From positions 1 through 64,000 of the forward strand of contig JAGATQ010000051.1 in NCBI GenBank assembly GCA_017621205.1: 64,000 bases of DNA. The letters are read 5' to 3'. The notes under the pieces were generated by a model. The model did no database searches. It saw only the letters and a list, made by a program, of their open reading frames with translations, and was not told where the DNA came from. The position numbers were made by a program, and so were the translations under genes. The first letter of the stretch is position 1; each line of letters opens with the position of its first letter. Source of the stretch: Lachnospira sp. Its GTDB lineage: Bacteria > Bacillota > Clostridia > Lachnospirales > Lachnospiraceae. This document shows positions 8,621 to 18,926 of this stretch, in pieces.

Positions 8621-9604
8621 ATGACACTTTTTTCAGAAATCAATAATTGTTATTATCAGATTGTATATGATTTAATTACCCACACCTCCCCTCTGACAAG
8701 AGAAGATATTGCAAATACAATCAACACCTTGGGGTACGAGGAAAGTATTCTATATCTGCTCCCAAAGCTGATTGAAGATTCCGACACCTCATGGAATCTA
8801 TTCACCATGGAGGATACTGTCTATCAGCCTAAAGTACATGCTGCGCTTACAATTCCCTTAAGCGAGCTGCAAAAGTCATGGCTCAAGGCGTTACTTTTGG
8901 ATTCCCGCATCCGCTTGTTTTTATCAGAGGAACAGCTCCATCTGCTAGAGGGGCATTTAAAGGAATGTGAGCCTCTCTTTTACCCTCAGGATTTCTATTA
9001 TTATGATGCCTTTACTGATGGAGATTCCTTTGAACATCCAGCCTATCGGGAGAATTTCAGAATCCTTCTGTCTGCCATTAAGAAGCAGCAGTATGTGAAC
9101 CTCTCCTTTCAATCTCACCACAACCACCGGATTCATCACTGGTTTCTTCCCTGTAAGCTGGAATATTCCATAAAAAATAACCGTTTCCGTTTACTGGCAT
9201 TGGAGGTCCGAAAGCACAGCCGTTACCGTTTTTTTACTATTAACCTCTCCCGTATAACGGAGATTATCCCCCTAGAGCAGTATGCCAAGTATACACCGGA
9301 CATCAACCGTTACATAAAACGTGGCTATCATAAGGAGCCTGTTACCCTCCTTATCCGCAATGAGAGAAATGCCTTAGAGCGAACAATGCTGCAATTTGCT
9401 AATTATGAGAAAAATACAACCAGAATTGGAGAGAATCTATATCAATGTGAGATTTATTATAATAAGAGCAATGAGACGGAGCTGTTAATTGAGGTCTTAT
9501 CCTTTGGACCAATGGTAAAGGTGATTGGCAATGCGGGGTTTTTAAAGCAGCTGCGGGAGCGGTTAAAGAGGCAGAAGGAGATGGAGGGCAATTTCATTGA
9601 TTGA
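8621..9604 (+). CDS. WYL-domain-like transcriptional regulator. Second gene of the pair.
   Basis: wHTH-like LTREDIANTINTLGYEE. WYL-like HHWFLPCKLEYS...RFRLLALEV...RFFTINLSRITEI. The C-terminus ELLIEVLSFGPMVKVIGNAGFLKQLRERL is typical of the WCX end of WYL regulators. Confidence 0.45.
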   Translation: MTLFSEINNCYYQIVYDLITHTSPLTREDIANTINTLGYEESILYLLPKLIEDSDTSWNLFTMEDTVYQPKVHAALTIPLSELQKSWLKALLLDSRIRLFLSEEQLHLLEGHLKECEPLFYPQDFYYYDAFTDGDSFEHPAYRENFRILLSAIKKQQYVNLSFQSHHNHRIHHWFLPCKLEYSIKNNRFRLLALEVRKHSRYRFFTINLSRITEIIPLEQYAKYTPDINRYIKRGYHKEPVTLLIRNERNALERTMLQFANYEKNTTRIGENLYQCEIYYNKSNETELLIEVLSFGPMVKVIGNAGFLKQLRERLKRQKEMEGNFID

Positions 9605-9830
9605 TTAAAACACCACTATCCTTATCATTATTATATTGCTACTTCCCATGATTTAACTTGACAATTTTATGGCACAAGGAGATACCAATACTTTTTCCCT
9701 TGATTCTTTCTCTGGAATAAGGTAGCATTTGTATTTAGTATTACTATCATCTCTTCATCAATATAATCTGATACCTTAACATCAACACATTCTTCTTACT
9801 TTTCGAAATTTTAGGGTAGATGCCATTACA

Positions 9831-11039
9831 TTATATAAACTCTTTCTTTATACTATGAATACGAATAAGAACAGGATCCTGACCATTATATACACTTCCG
9901 CCTTTATTTTCTATTGAAGACAGTATCTCAAAGCCAATCTTTTTTAATTTTTCCTCTAATTCCTCTTTACATATAAATCTTCGATAATGATCATTATATA
10001 TGTATTCATTATAACCAATGCATGTACCCATTCCGTATAGTTCATCATGAATACTTCTTGCTTCTATAAATAATGAACCATTTTTTTTCAAAGAATTCCA
10101 TGCATTTTGCAACATAAAATCTTCTTGATATGCTGTAATCGCATGTAAAGTAAATCGACTATAACAATAATCATGCTGCTTTTGGAAAATCGCATTATTA
10201 GATGCAAAATCTTCGCAAATAAAGGAAGAATTACCAATATCATCTCTATTATTTAGCATTATAATAGCCTTCTCAGAAATATCTATCCCCACAACTTCTA
10301 TGCCCTTTTTCATAAAATACAAACTATCCCTGCCATTGCCACAGCCAAATTCGATTAAGGATTTGCCCGGTTCCATATATTTCACAACTTCGGCAGCAAA
10401 TGGGCTTTCTGCATTATCTTGAGAAACAGGATTTCTCTGATAATATTGATTCCAATAATCAGTATCTCTATCAAAAGAATCTTTTTTTACTGGTTTATAA
10501 TTTATAATCTTTTTTACAGCTTCAGAAATCAGACAATCATCATTATTTTCAATTGTAATATCTGGATTAACTGGCAACTCGGCTTCTACATCAATTCCTG
10601 CAACACTTTTGGAGCCCATCTTTTCACTAGATGAATACAACCCCTTTTTATCTCTTTTGCGAAGAATTTCTATAGGAACATTAATATATATTTCTACATA
10701 ATTTTCAATGTTATTTCGATTCCAACTACGAACTTCATGAAACATAGCAACCGTACAACAAATAACGGAAATCCCCTGATCCGTTATTGTTTTACACAAG
10801 TTACTATATTTTTTTGCTCTTTCCTTCCGGTCTTCTTTACTATAACCACCACCAGTAATATATTTTAAAATATCACCATCTAATATTATTATATTTTCTA
10901 CTCCTTGATTTTTTAAGGTATAATACAATTTAGTTCCTATTGTTGTTTTCCCTGCACCAGATAAACCTGTTATCCAATATAGAGTTCCTTTTTTCATCAT
11001 GATAAAACGCTCCTCCCACCTGAATATCTTAATATACAA
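9831..11039 (-). CDS. Bifunctional adenylylsulfate (APS) kinase / class I SAM-dependent methyltransferase fusion.
   Basis: N-terminus: GTLYWITGLSGAGKTTIG...DGD, the CysC-type P-loop and APS kinase core. C-terminus: LIEFGCGNGRDSLYF...VGIDIS, methyltransferase motif I. Confidence 0.75.
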   Translation of the reverse strand: MYIKIFRWEERFIMMKKGTLYWITGLSGAGKTTIGTKLYYTLKNQGVENIIILDGDILKYITGGGYSKEDRKERAKKYSNLCKTITDQGISVICCTVAMFHEVRSWNRNNIENYVEIYINVPIEILRKRDKKGLYSSSEKMGSKSVAGIDVEAELPVNPDITIENNDDCLISEAVKKIINYKPVKKDSFDRDTDYWNQYYQRNPVSQDNAESPFAAEVVKYMEPGKSLIEFGCGNGRDSLYFMKKGIEVVGIDISEKAIIMLNNRDDIGNSSFICEDFASNNAIFQKQHDYCYSRFTLHAITAYQEDFMLQNAWNSLKKNGSLFIEARSIHDELYGMGTCIGYNEYIYNDHYRRFICKEELEEKLKKIGFEILSSIENKGGSVYNGQDPVLIRIHSIKKEFI

Positions 11040-11071
11040 TATATCAAATCGTCTACATACTAATTCAGAAT

Positions 11072-12940
11072 CTATTCCTTTTCTTTTATGTATCTACCAT
11101 CACAATAAACAAGTCCAAATATATTATATAGTTTTCTCGCCGCAACAAAAAAATCATCCTCAAAAACATTTATAAAGTAACTACCTGCTTTTTCTTTTAA
11201 TTCATCCATTCTTTCCCTGTATTGAGGATTATTCGCAAGATTCTCCATTCCAATGTCACAATTTACATATTCCTCTCTTCCATCCGCATATTGGTTATAA
11301 AACTCCGTTGAAGTGTAACATCCTCTACATTGAATACGCCGTATTATGCCGTCTCCCTCTTGTTCTATTAATTTATCTATAAATTTATCATTGTAAATAT
11401 CCAAATCTTGAGTTAATACATAATCAGACAATGCTTCTTCATAATTGCCACCTTCAATAATATAACGGATAATATAATACAATTTATTGCCTTGATAAAG
11501 TCTGGTCACCTTTTCTGACTTAATATCCTTACCTGATATCATCATAAGGATATGACCAATTTTTTCATGCCAGGTTCCCAAAGAATCGTCATAGCCTAAA
11601 TAATGATCTACTTTGCCATGATCACTCATAAAAATATTCACACTAAACTCACTATATGCTTTTTGATACCATTCCAATTGCTCATTTAAATATTTCTTAG
11701 CATCTTTATATTGTTCTATAGAACTCTCTTTATAGTTACCCGTTTCATGTTCTTCTATTGATAAAAAAGACCTGTTGTTATTTCCCCAAAATGGACGATG
11801 TGTCTCTACAGAATTATGAATACATACACACACAGGTTTATCCGACTGTATTAAAGCATCCCATGCCTCCCATTGCAATTGGGAACAAGATGTCTCATAA
11901 AAATTCCCCAAAAAAAGTGAATATCTTTTATACTCATCGGCTAATTTTTTAAGTGTACTGGTATGCCCTCCAATATAATGAAATGCATATCCATTATTCT
12001 CCAAATATTCAAGCAGCAAAACCTTATTATCGTATTTCTTCAAAGCATACAATTTATCATCAATAACCAATTGATTAGTCATAATCATTGCCATTGACAT
12101 ATTGGTAGCCCCCATAACACGATAAGCATTTTCAAAAAAAAGACTTGAAGCTTTTAGATTCTTAAGATAATTCAAGGTTTCAATTTCACCATAACATAAC
12201 GCATCAATCCAATTCCATACAATGTCTCTCTGCTTGCGTAATTTTAAAGAATGGTTAATCTTTTCAAGCAAACATTCAAATTCAGACCAAAACTCCTTGT
12301 ATAGATAGCTTTTTTCATAACCTTTTTTTGTATATTCATCAATATACTTTTTCGCATTTATAAAATCTTTTATTTCTAAATATGCTGCTATTATTTTGGA
12401 TAAAAGAATCTCAGCATCCAATTGTGTACTGCTTTGCATATAACATTGACGCAGAACATATAAATTCTCCCCATATACAGGACTGCTATAAAACGGTTGC
12501 AAACAGGCAATTCCCTTTTGTTGTAATATTTCATATAAGTCAATCACTTGAAAATCTTCATTTAAACAGTGTTTTAAAGTAAACAACTCTCTTGCCATTT
12601 CAACACGATGTTTAAATGATGAGATAATAAATATATCTATAGTTCTATTCGGAATATTTTTTATATCAATTACTTCTATCCCATGAAAACCTTCGATGGT
12701 TTTATTTCTATCTATCACATATTTAACTTTTTTACGGTTCGCTTCTGATAATACTTGTAATAATTTATCCGCATGCTCTCCCCCTCCCCGCAATGCAACA
12801 CATTTTTCTTCACCGAATGAGTCAAATATTTTATTAATCATTTCCGCTATATGATATTGAAAATGATATACTCCTGCATCAATTTTATACTTCAAAATTA
12901 ATACTTCTAATTCTTTATTAATATTTAAATTATCTTTCAT
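11072..12940 (-). CDS. Two-domain protein: N-terminal PglD_N-like Rossmann module plus alkaline-phosphatase-superfamily domain (sulfatase / LTA-synthase / phosphotransferase-like).
   Basis: N-terminus: VALRGGGEHADKLLQVL...VKYVIDRNK...IDIFIISS. Core: DIVWNWIDALCYGE (metal-binding), GGHTST (probable Thr nucleophile), FMSDHGKVDH (SDHG motif). Confidence 0.5.
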   Translation of the reverse strand: MKDNLNINKELEVLILKYKIDAGVYHFQYHIAEMINKIFDSFGEEKCVALRGGGEHADKLLQVLSEANRKKVKYVIDRNKTIEGFHGIEVIDIKNIPNRTIDIFIISSFKHRVEMARELFTLKHCLNEDFQVIDLYEILQQKGIACLQPFYSSPVYGENLYVLRQCYMQSSTQLDAEILLSKIIAAYLEIKDFINAKKYIDEYTKKGYEKSYLYKEFWSEFECLLEKINHSLKLRKQRDIVWNWIDALCYGEIETLNYLKNLKASSLFFENAYRVMGATNMSMAMIMTNQLVIDDKLYALKKYDNKVLLLEYLENNGYAFHYIGGHTSTLKKLADEYKRYSLFLGNFYETSCSQLQWEAWDALIQSDKPVCVCIHNSVETHRPFWGNNNRSFLSIEEHETGNYKESSIEQYKDAKKYLNEQLEWYQKAYSEFSVNIFMSDHGKVDHYLGYDDSLGTWHEKIGHILMMISGKDIKSEKVTRLYQGNKLYYIIRYIIEGGNYEEALSDYVLTQDLDIYNDKFIDKLIEQEGDGIIRRIQCRGCYTSTEFYNQYADGREEYVNCDIGMENLANNPQYRERMDELKEKAGSYFINVFEDDFFVAARKLYNIFGLVYCDGRYIKEKE

Positions 12941-13029
12941 CTAAGCCCCACCCCATTTTATATAGACAAATTCATCGAATATTTTTGCATTAATCAACGG
13001 ACACTAGTATCTGAGAAAAGCATTACTAT

Positions 13030-13644
13030 CTATAAACTTTTTAAATAATCAATCTCATGTGTTGGTAATTCATTTAATGGCAATGTTAAGGAATGATAGG
13101 TCATTTTTGCCGCTTGTTCCAGTACTTCCATACGATAAAAGGCTTCCAACAAATCCTTTCCTACAGTCAATACACCATGATTCTGTAATAAAACAATATT
13201 ATTGCCTATTACATTATTAGAGACCTCTTCTGCAAGCTCTTTTGTTCCCATCATCTTATATTTTGCTATTCCAATATTTTTAATGTTTTTACATGCTTCA
13301 GCAGTAAAATGCAAATTTATTGGCATTTTTGTAGCAGAAAAAAGGGTAGAGTAGTGAGGATGTGCATGAATAATTGCATGAATATCCGGCCTTTTTTGAT
13401 ATACTGCTATATGCATCATATATTCCATACTTGGCTTATGAATACCTTGAATAAAATTTGCCTCAATATCCAAAATTACAATATCTTCTTCTGTAAGATT
13501 GGCTTTATCGATACTGGAAGGAGTAATTAAAATTTCACTATCAGATATCTTATAACTAATATTTCCTCCCAGACTTGTTGTTAAATTTGAATTACACAAC
13601 CGTTTCATATAATTAATAATTTGTCTTTTCATTTTTTCCTCCAA
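13030..13644 (-). CDS. Class II aldolase/adducin family protein (fuculose-1-P aldolase / ribulose-5-P 4-epimerase-like).
   Basis: Metal-binding His cluster IIHAHPHYSTLFS and overall length and pattern match the class II aldolase fold. Confidence 0.7.
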   Translation of the reverse strand: MEEKMKRQIINYMKRLCNSNLTTSLGGNISYKISDSEILITPSSIDKANLTEEDIVILDIEANFIQGIHKPSMEYMMHIAVYQKRPDIHAIIHAHPHYSTLFSATKMPINLHFTAEACKNIKNIGIAKYKMMGTKELAEEVSNNVIGNNIVLLQNHGVLTVGKDLLEAFYRMEVLEQAAKMTYHSLTLPLNELPTHEIDYLKSL

Positions 13645-13669
13645 TCTATTTTTTATAGAAAAATACTCG

Positions 13670-14974
13670 TTATATTGCTTTGCTAAATTCTTCCTTCATA
13701 AAACGCTCTGCGGACATATACTGTAAAATCATATTTTCTCCTTGCGAATTATTTATTTGAAGCAGTTGATTAATCTCTTCTATAAGAATACATATTTCAT
13801 CAATACTATCTGCACAAAATCCTACGCATCCCATCCCCATTTCCGGATGTACTACTTCGCCAATGTTGACAGTAATCTTAACGTCAATATTTTTATTCAT
13901 CAATTCACTTTTGCCTAATATTTCTTTTACCACACCCTCTCGTCCACAACATAATTCATAGGAATAAATATATCTTTTTATTGCATGGCCTAAACCGCTC
14001 GGCAAATCTTTTTCCAAATGTTTTGTTCCCATTGCACACTCTACTGCCCATTTAACAATATCTATCTCTCCGACATGACTATATTCAATCGGGATAATAT
14101 CTGCTCCAAACCGATGTCCCATTTCAATCGCATAAAAATCTCCATTCTGGTTCATAATCACTTGAACCCAAGCAATGTTATCTTTACATCCCATTTCTTT
14201 AAGGGAACAAATAATTTTTTCATTCATTTGTTCCATAAAATCCTTGGCAAAAGGAGTTACATTACTGGCAACAAAGGAACTTTTCACTGCAAATTCTTTT
14301 GGTGCCATGAGAGAATGAAAAAATAAAAAGGCGACCTCTCCATCAGCCAGAGCATAATATGCTACAAATTCTTTCCCATTAATCTTTTCTTCTACGATAA
14401 TTTTAGGATTTTTTGATACTGACCGAGCTTTTCGATAGGCGTTTATTAACTCTTCTTTATTATTACAGAAAGAAATTCCTATACTGTCATTTTGGTCTAC
14501 CGGTTTAACCACAACTGGAAATTCTACTTGATCTAGTTCTTCCTCTGTTAATGCATCTGTTAAAAGGTAATCCCGCGGAACATTTAAACCTGTTTTTTTA
14601 CATACCTCTTTAAAATCTGCCTTGTTTTTTGAGTAATGAAAACTTTCCTTTGTACAATAACATGGCAGATGAAGTCTGTCGCACAACTCAATCATACTTT
14701 CTATGGCATAATCACTTGATGCAGTGATGATTGCATCAACTTCTTCTTCTCTACATTTCCTTTCTATTTTGTCATAGTCTGTATAACTATCCATCCAATA
14801 GGAATCTGCCATTTTTTTTGCTTCAGAATGTTCAGGAGCCACCCAATCTGTCACAATGGTATGTATCCCCTGACTCTGAGCATACTGTATAATTTCCCGA
14901 CTGCCAGGGCTTCCACCCAATAATAGCAATTTTTTTCCATTCATTTTTCTTTCCCTTTCATTTTCAGCCAGCAT
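13670..14974 (-). CDS. ATP-grasp domain ligase. Putative amino-acid or carboxylate ligase acting on a glycan precursor.
   Basis: N-terminal Rossmann (KKLLLLGGSPGSREIIQYA) followed by an ATP-grasp core (FPVVVKPVDQNDSIGISF...E.G). It sits inside the glycan locus. Confidence 0.65.
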   Translation of the reverse strand: MLAENERERKMNGKKLLLLGGSPGSREIIQYAQSQGIHTIVTDWVAPEHSEAKKMADSYWMDSYTDYDKIERKCREEEVDAIITASSDYAIESMIELCDRLHLPCYCTKESFHYSKNKADFKEVCKKTGLNVPRDYLLTDALTEEELDQVEFPVVVKPVDQNDSIGISFCNNKEELINAYRKARSVSKNPKIIVEEKINGKEFVAYYALADGEVAFLFFHSLMAPKEFAVKSSFVASNVTPFAKDFMEQMNEKIICSLKEMGCKDNIAWVQVIMNQNGDFYAIEMGHRFGADIIPIEYSHVGEIDIVKWAVECAMGTKHLEKDLPSGLGHAIKRYIYSYELCCGREGVVKEILGKSELMNKNIDVKITVNIGEVVHPEMGMGCVGFCADSIDEICILIEEINQLLQINNSQGENMILQYMSAERFMKEEFSKAI

Positions 14975-14999
14975 CCATGGGCAAATTAATTTATACGCC

Positions 15000-15425
15000 T
15001 TATACTACCTTTTCGATTCTAATTACCTGTGCTCCTTCTATAGAAAGCTTCACTGCTTCTTGGGCAAATTGCGGAAGGCCTTCTGTTATCATGCCAATTG
15101 CAGCACCATTCATAAAGCCATTCGGTCCAAAACACCACCCTCTATCATACCATAAGTCGAAGGTTACCGTCTGATCCTTCTGGGGCATTATAATAATTTC
15201 TCCAACCGACGGTAGGCAGGTCTCGTTTTCGTGCTCATATTTAGGGAAATTTGCAATGGGGAGCCAGATTTCGCCCCCTCCCCATTTGGCATGAAAGGCT
15301 TGTGTCTCAACTGGAAGAAGTGAAAGTAAACTTGCTGTAACAATTGGACATATGTCCTCTCTCAACGTGGCAATAGCACTTACACCAGACTTAATAAAAG
15401 TTATTTTTATTTTATTCATATACAA
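15000..15425 (-). CDS. Hypothetical protein.
   Basis: 141-aa ORF with no recognisable motif. It lies in an operon-like position between the ATP-grasp gene and the SDR gene. Confidence 0.4.
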   Translation of the reverse strand: MYMNKIKITFIKSGVSAIATLREDICPIVTASLLSLLPVETQAFHAKWGGGEIWLPIANFPKYEHENETCLPSVGEIIIMPQKDQTVTFDLWYDRGWCFGPNGFMNGAAIGMITEGLPQFAQEAVKLSIEGAQVIRIEKVV

Positions 15426-15452
15426 TTCCTCCTAATATCATATTAATATCTA

Positions 15453-16199
15453 CTAATTTTTCTCGAGCAATGTGTATCCACCATCTGCAACAATGATAGA
15501 ACCTGTAAAAATATTACTTGTAGCAAGCATGACATAAATTTCAGCAAGCTCTTCAGGCTTAATAAACCTTTCGATAGGAATAGAACCTAGCCATTTTTTT
15601 AGCAGATTACCTTGGGTTTTACTTAATGTTTCAGTCCAGACAAAACCAGGAGCGACCGCATTTACAAATATATCCGGAGCGTATTGCAAAGCAAGATTTT
15701 TCGTAAAACTATCTACCGCAGCTTTACCAGCACAATAGCCCATTAAATGTGTACGCCCAGCATAATTTATTCCCCTAATGGAACTCGTGTTAATAATATG
15801 TCCTTTCTTCATATATTGTTTTACTTTTTTGGAGCATAAAACAGTTGCAATAAGATTACTATTAATATCTCTAATCAATGTTGCTTCTGTAATTTCATCA
15901 AATGGTGTTGAATACGCATGTCCAACATTATTTACGAGAATATCTATAGAAGAATACTTCTCAGCGACCTTTTCAAACAGAAAATCAACACCTTGCTGGT
16001 TTGACAAGTCTGCTTGAATATAGATAGCCTTTCCCCCAGAATCAATAATTTCTTGTGCAGTAGCCTCTCCTTCTGTTCTTGAATTATGAGAAACTACAAT
16101 TACTTCAGCACCTTCAAATGCAAAGGTCTGTGCTATGGCCCTGCCAATTCCTGTTGAGGAACCGGTAATGAGTGCAACTTTGTCATATAATCTTTTCAT
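15453..16199 (-). CDS. Short-chain dehydrogenase/reductase (SDR) family oxidoreductase.
   Basis: TGSSTGIGRAIA NAD(P)-binding motif. A catalytic Y...K motif can be placed (YCAGK). Length 248 aa. Confidence 0.85.
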   Translation of the reverse strand: MKRLYDKVALITGSSTGIGRAIAQTFAFEGAEVIVVSHNSRTEGEATAQEIIDSGGKAIYIQADLSNQQGVDFLFEKVAEKYSSIDILVNNVGHAYSTPFDEITEATLIRDINSNLIATVLCSKKVKQYMKKGHIINTSSIRGINYAGRTHLMGYCAGKAAVDSFTKNLALQYAPDIFVNAVAPGFVWTETLSKTQGNLLKKWLGSIPIERFIKPEELAEIYVMLATSNIFTGSIIVADGGYTLLEKN

Positions 16200-16242
16200 A
16201 AATAATCTCCCCTATCACATGTTTAAATACAATAATAACCTG

Positions 16243-17370
16243 CTAATTGAGGAACTTCTCAATTGCTTGAATGATTGTCTCTTTATCCTCTTTGGAAAGC
16301 CCATAATACATTGGAAGACGGACTAATCGATTGCTTTCTGTTGTCGTATAATTATCTGTTCCACTGAAATATCCATACTTTATTCCGGCTTCTGAACTAT
16401 GTAATGGTACATAATGAAACACACAATATGCACCCTTTTCACGCATATAACGAATAAATCGCTCTCGCTGCTCCAAATCTTTTAGCTTAACATAAAACAT
16501 ATGGGCATTGTGCTTACAGTAATCTGGTACATATGCCAACTCTAAACAATGTTCTGCTTCTAAGTCCTTTAAATGTTCATAGTAAAATTGATAGCTTTTT
16601 AAACGGTCATCATTGATTTTTTCTGCACATTCCAGCTGCCCATATAATAGAGCTGCATTAATTTCACTTGGAAGAAACGAAGAACCTACGTCTACCCAGC
16701 TATATTTATCAACCTCACCGCGAAAAAACCTTGCACGGTTTGTTCCCTTTTCTCTAATGATTTCTGCCCGTTCCAAATATTGTTCATTATTAATGACTAA
16801 TGCTCCGCCTTCCCCCATTACATAGTTTTTGGTTTCATGAAAGCTGTAACAGCCTAAATCACCTATGGTACCCAATGACTGGTCTTTGTATGTAGCCATA
16901 ACGCCCTGTGCTGCATCCTCTATAATAGGAATGTTATATTTATGAGATATGTTATTTATTACGTCCATTTCACAAGCAACTCCGGCATAATGAACCACTA
17001 CAATAGCTTTTGTTTTTTCAGTAATTGCTGCTTCAATCAGTTTTTCATCTATGTTCATTGTATCCGGTCGAATATCTACGAACACCGTCTTTGCCCCGTA
17101 CATAGCAAAGGCATTGGCCGTGGATACAAAGGTATAAGAGGGCATAATCACTTCATCGCCGGGTTGGATATCCAATAAAATTGCTGCCATCTCTAATGCA
17201 GCAGTGCACGATGTTGTCAACAAAACCTTTTTTGCCGAGAATTTGTTCTCCATCCATTCACTGCATAATTTTGTGTATTTACCATCTCCTGCAATTTCGC
17301 TGGACTTTATAACATCCGCGACATATTCCTGTGCTTTTGGTATATATGGTGCTCTATTAAATGTTATCAT
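16243..17370 (-). CDS. DegT/DnrJ/EryC1/StrS-family PLP-dependent sugar aminotransferase (NDP-4-keto-6-deoxyhexose aminotransferase-like).
   Basis: Characteristic fold-type I sugar aminotransferase sequence. The active-site Lys region SFHETKNY is recognisable. Length 375 aa. Confidence 0.85.
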   Translation of the reverse strand: MITFNRAPYIPKAQEYVADVIKSSEIAGDGKYTKLCSEWMENKFSAKKVLLTTSCTAALEMAAILLDIQPGDEVIMPSYTFVSTANAFAMYGAKTVFVDIRPDTMNIDEKLIEAAITEKTKAIVVVHYAGVACEMDVINNISHKYNIPIIEDAAQGVMATYKDQSLGTIGDLGCYSFHETKNYVMGEGGALVINNEQYLERAEIIREKGTNRARFFRGEVDKYSWVDVGSSFLPSEINAALLYGQLECAEKINDDRLKSYQFYYEHLKDLEAEHCLELAYVPDYCKHNAHMFYVKLKDLEQRERFIRYMREKGAYCVFHYVPLHSSEAGIKYGYFSGTDNYTTTESNRLVRLPMYYGLSKEDKETIIQAIEKFLN

Positions 17371-17401
17371 TGTTATCTTTCCTTTCTGTATTGTTACCTA
17401 A

Positions 17402-18883
17402 TCATTCATCTTTATAATTGTTTTCAAAGAATGTTTCCCATTCGATAACGATATCATTATTTAATTTATTAGCATCATATAATTCTTTTTGAGGAAATGC
17501 AACGAACTCTTCTAATGTCTCATACTGTATGTCTTTAATGTTATTTATATCAACTAATATTTCTTGCATATAACTCATCACATCTATGTCTGCATATATT
17601 TTTATACCAGCAGCTTTTAATAATAGAATTGTAGATTCCGCAGCAAGCCTTTTTGCGGGAAACACTGCTACATCAATTGCTTGTAAAAAACAAAAATATT
17701 GTTCCTGCTTTATATAATTAAGAATTGGGATAAACTTATCACCAAATAAATTTTTTCCCATCTGTATAATATATTTTCGGTAATCATCAACCCCATACGA
17801 TAATGGACAATATATTTTAATATCTTCATCAGCATATCTCTGCAATAGACGCAAGCCTTCAATATGATTCACATACTCAAAAGCAGCATGTCCCAATAAA
17901 ATATGAGTGGAATCATGAGCAGGTGGTTTTTTTATCATTGATTTGGGTATATAAACATAATAAGCATTACTATCAATTTTTCCTTCTATACCATAATTTT
18001 CCTTTACTGCTTTATAGGTTCCCGCAGTTACAGAACAAATACCTACTTTTTTTATAATTTCACTTACTTCAAAAGAATCCTTATCAAAATACGCATCGCC
18101 GCCAAAGCATCCCCACACCATCTTCGATGCATAACACTGGGTCAAATCGTATACCAATTTTTTCGTTTCTTTTCCCCAAAAAGCGGAATGAAGAATGATT
18201 TTATAGGCATTTTTATAAATTTTTTTCATTATGTCGTAATAAAATCCCTGATTACAATCTAATTTTTTTGGAATCAACCTGTTTTTATCTGTAATAGCAT
18301 TATTAATACTTCCATGAACATCATCTAATATTAAGACATTATGATATTTTTTACACTTCTCCATTAAAAACGGAAGAATTCCGGCAAAATCATCTTTGAT
18401 TCTATAGGCTACTATAAGCAAATGTTCCTGAATAGGGAATTTCTCTTCCAACATCTGATAAAATGGTATAACAAATTTATCGTTAGAAAAAATGTGGATA
18501 TAGCGGTATTGCTTTTCTTTTTGGAGAACTCTACTATTGCTTTGAAATACCTTTTTTATATCAAAGAATTCCGGATAATAAAATAAACAATTATTAATCT
18601 CATTCTCCTCTAGAACTTTCATAATTTCCCGAAAATGAAATACAAGTACTGATAAAATAATACATTCAGAATAGTTTTTTATTGCTGTAAGAGAACGTAT
18701 CTGATAATTTCCAATTACCTGACCATTCTTCTCTTCATTACTATCTATAAAGAACACAACATTTTCCGCAATTCCTAACGCATCTATAGCTTTTTGGTTC
18801 CTAGTGGAAGCACCATACATAATAATGCGTTTGTTTTTAAGTGATTCAATTCCTACAGTTTTTCCAAAAGAATCTATCAACAT
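17402..18883 (-). CDS. N-terminal PglD_N-like Rossmann module fused to a WecF-like (GT56, 4-amino-4,6-dideoxyhexose transferase-like) domain.
   Basis: N-terminus: IIMYGASTRNQKAIDALG...VVFFIDSNEEKNGQVIG. The downstream blocks RYIHIFSNDKFVIPF, ILHSAFWG, VWGCFGGDAY, HILLGHAAFEYVNHIEGLRLL and IKIYCPLSYG align by eye with E. coli WecF blocks. Confidence 0.5.
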   Translation of the reverse strand: MLIDSFGKTVGIESLKNKRIIMYGASTRNQKAIDALGIAENVVFFIDSNEEKNGQVIGNYQIRSLTAIKNYSECIILSVLVFHFREIMKVLEENEINNCLFYYPEFFDIKKVFQSNSRVLQKEKQYRYIHIFSNDKFVIPFYQMLEEKFPIQEHLLIVAYRIKDDFAGILPFLMEKCKKYHNVLILDDVHGSINNAITDKNRLIPKKLDCNQGFYYDIMKKIYKNAYKIILHSAFWGKETKKLVYDLTQCYASKMVWGCFGGDAYFDKDSFEVSEIIKKVGICSVTAGTYKAVKENYGIEGKIDSNAYYVYIPKSMIKKPPAHDSTHILLGHAAFEYVNHIEGLRLLQRYADEDIKIYCPLSYGVDDYRKYIIQMGKNLFGDKFIPILNYIKQEQYFCFLQAIDVAVFPAKRLAAESTILLLKAAGIKIYADIDVMSYMQEILVDINNIKDIQYETLEEFVAFPQKELYDANKLNNDIVIEWETFFENNYKDE

Positions 18884-18926
18884 ACTCTTCCCCCCTTCAT
18901 TATAAACTTACTTACGTAAACTTCTG

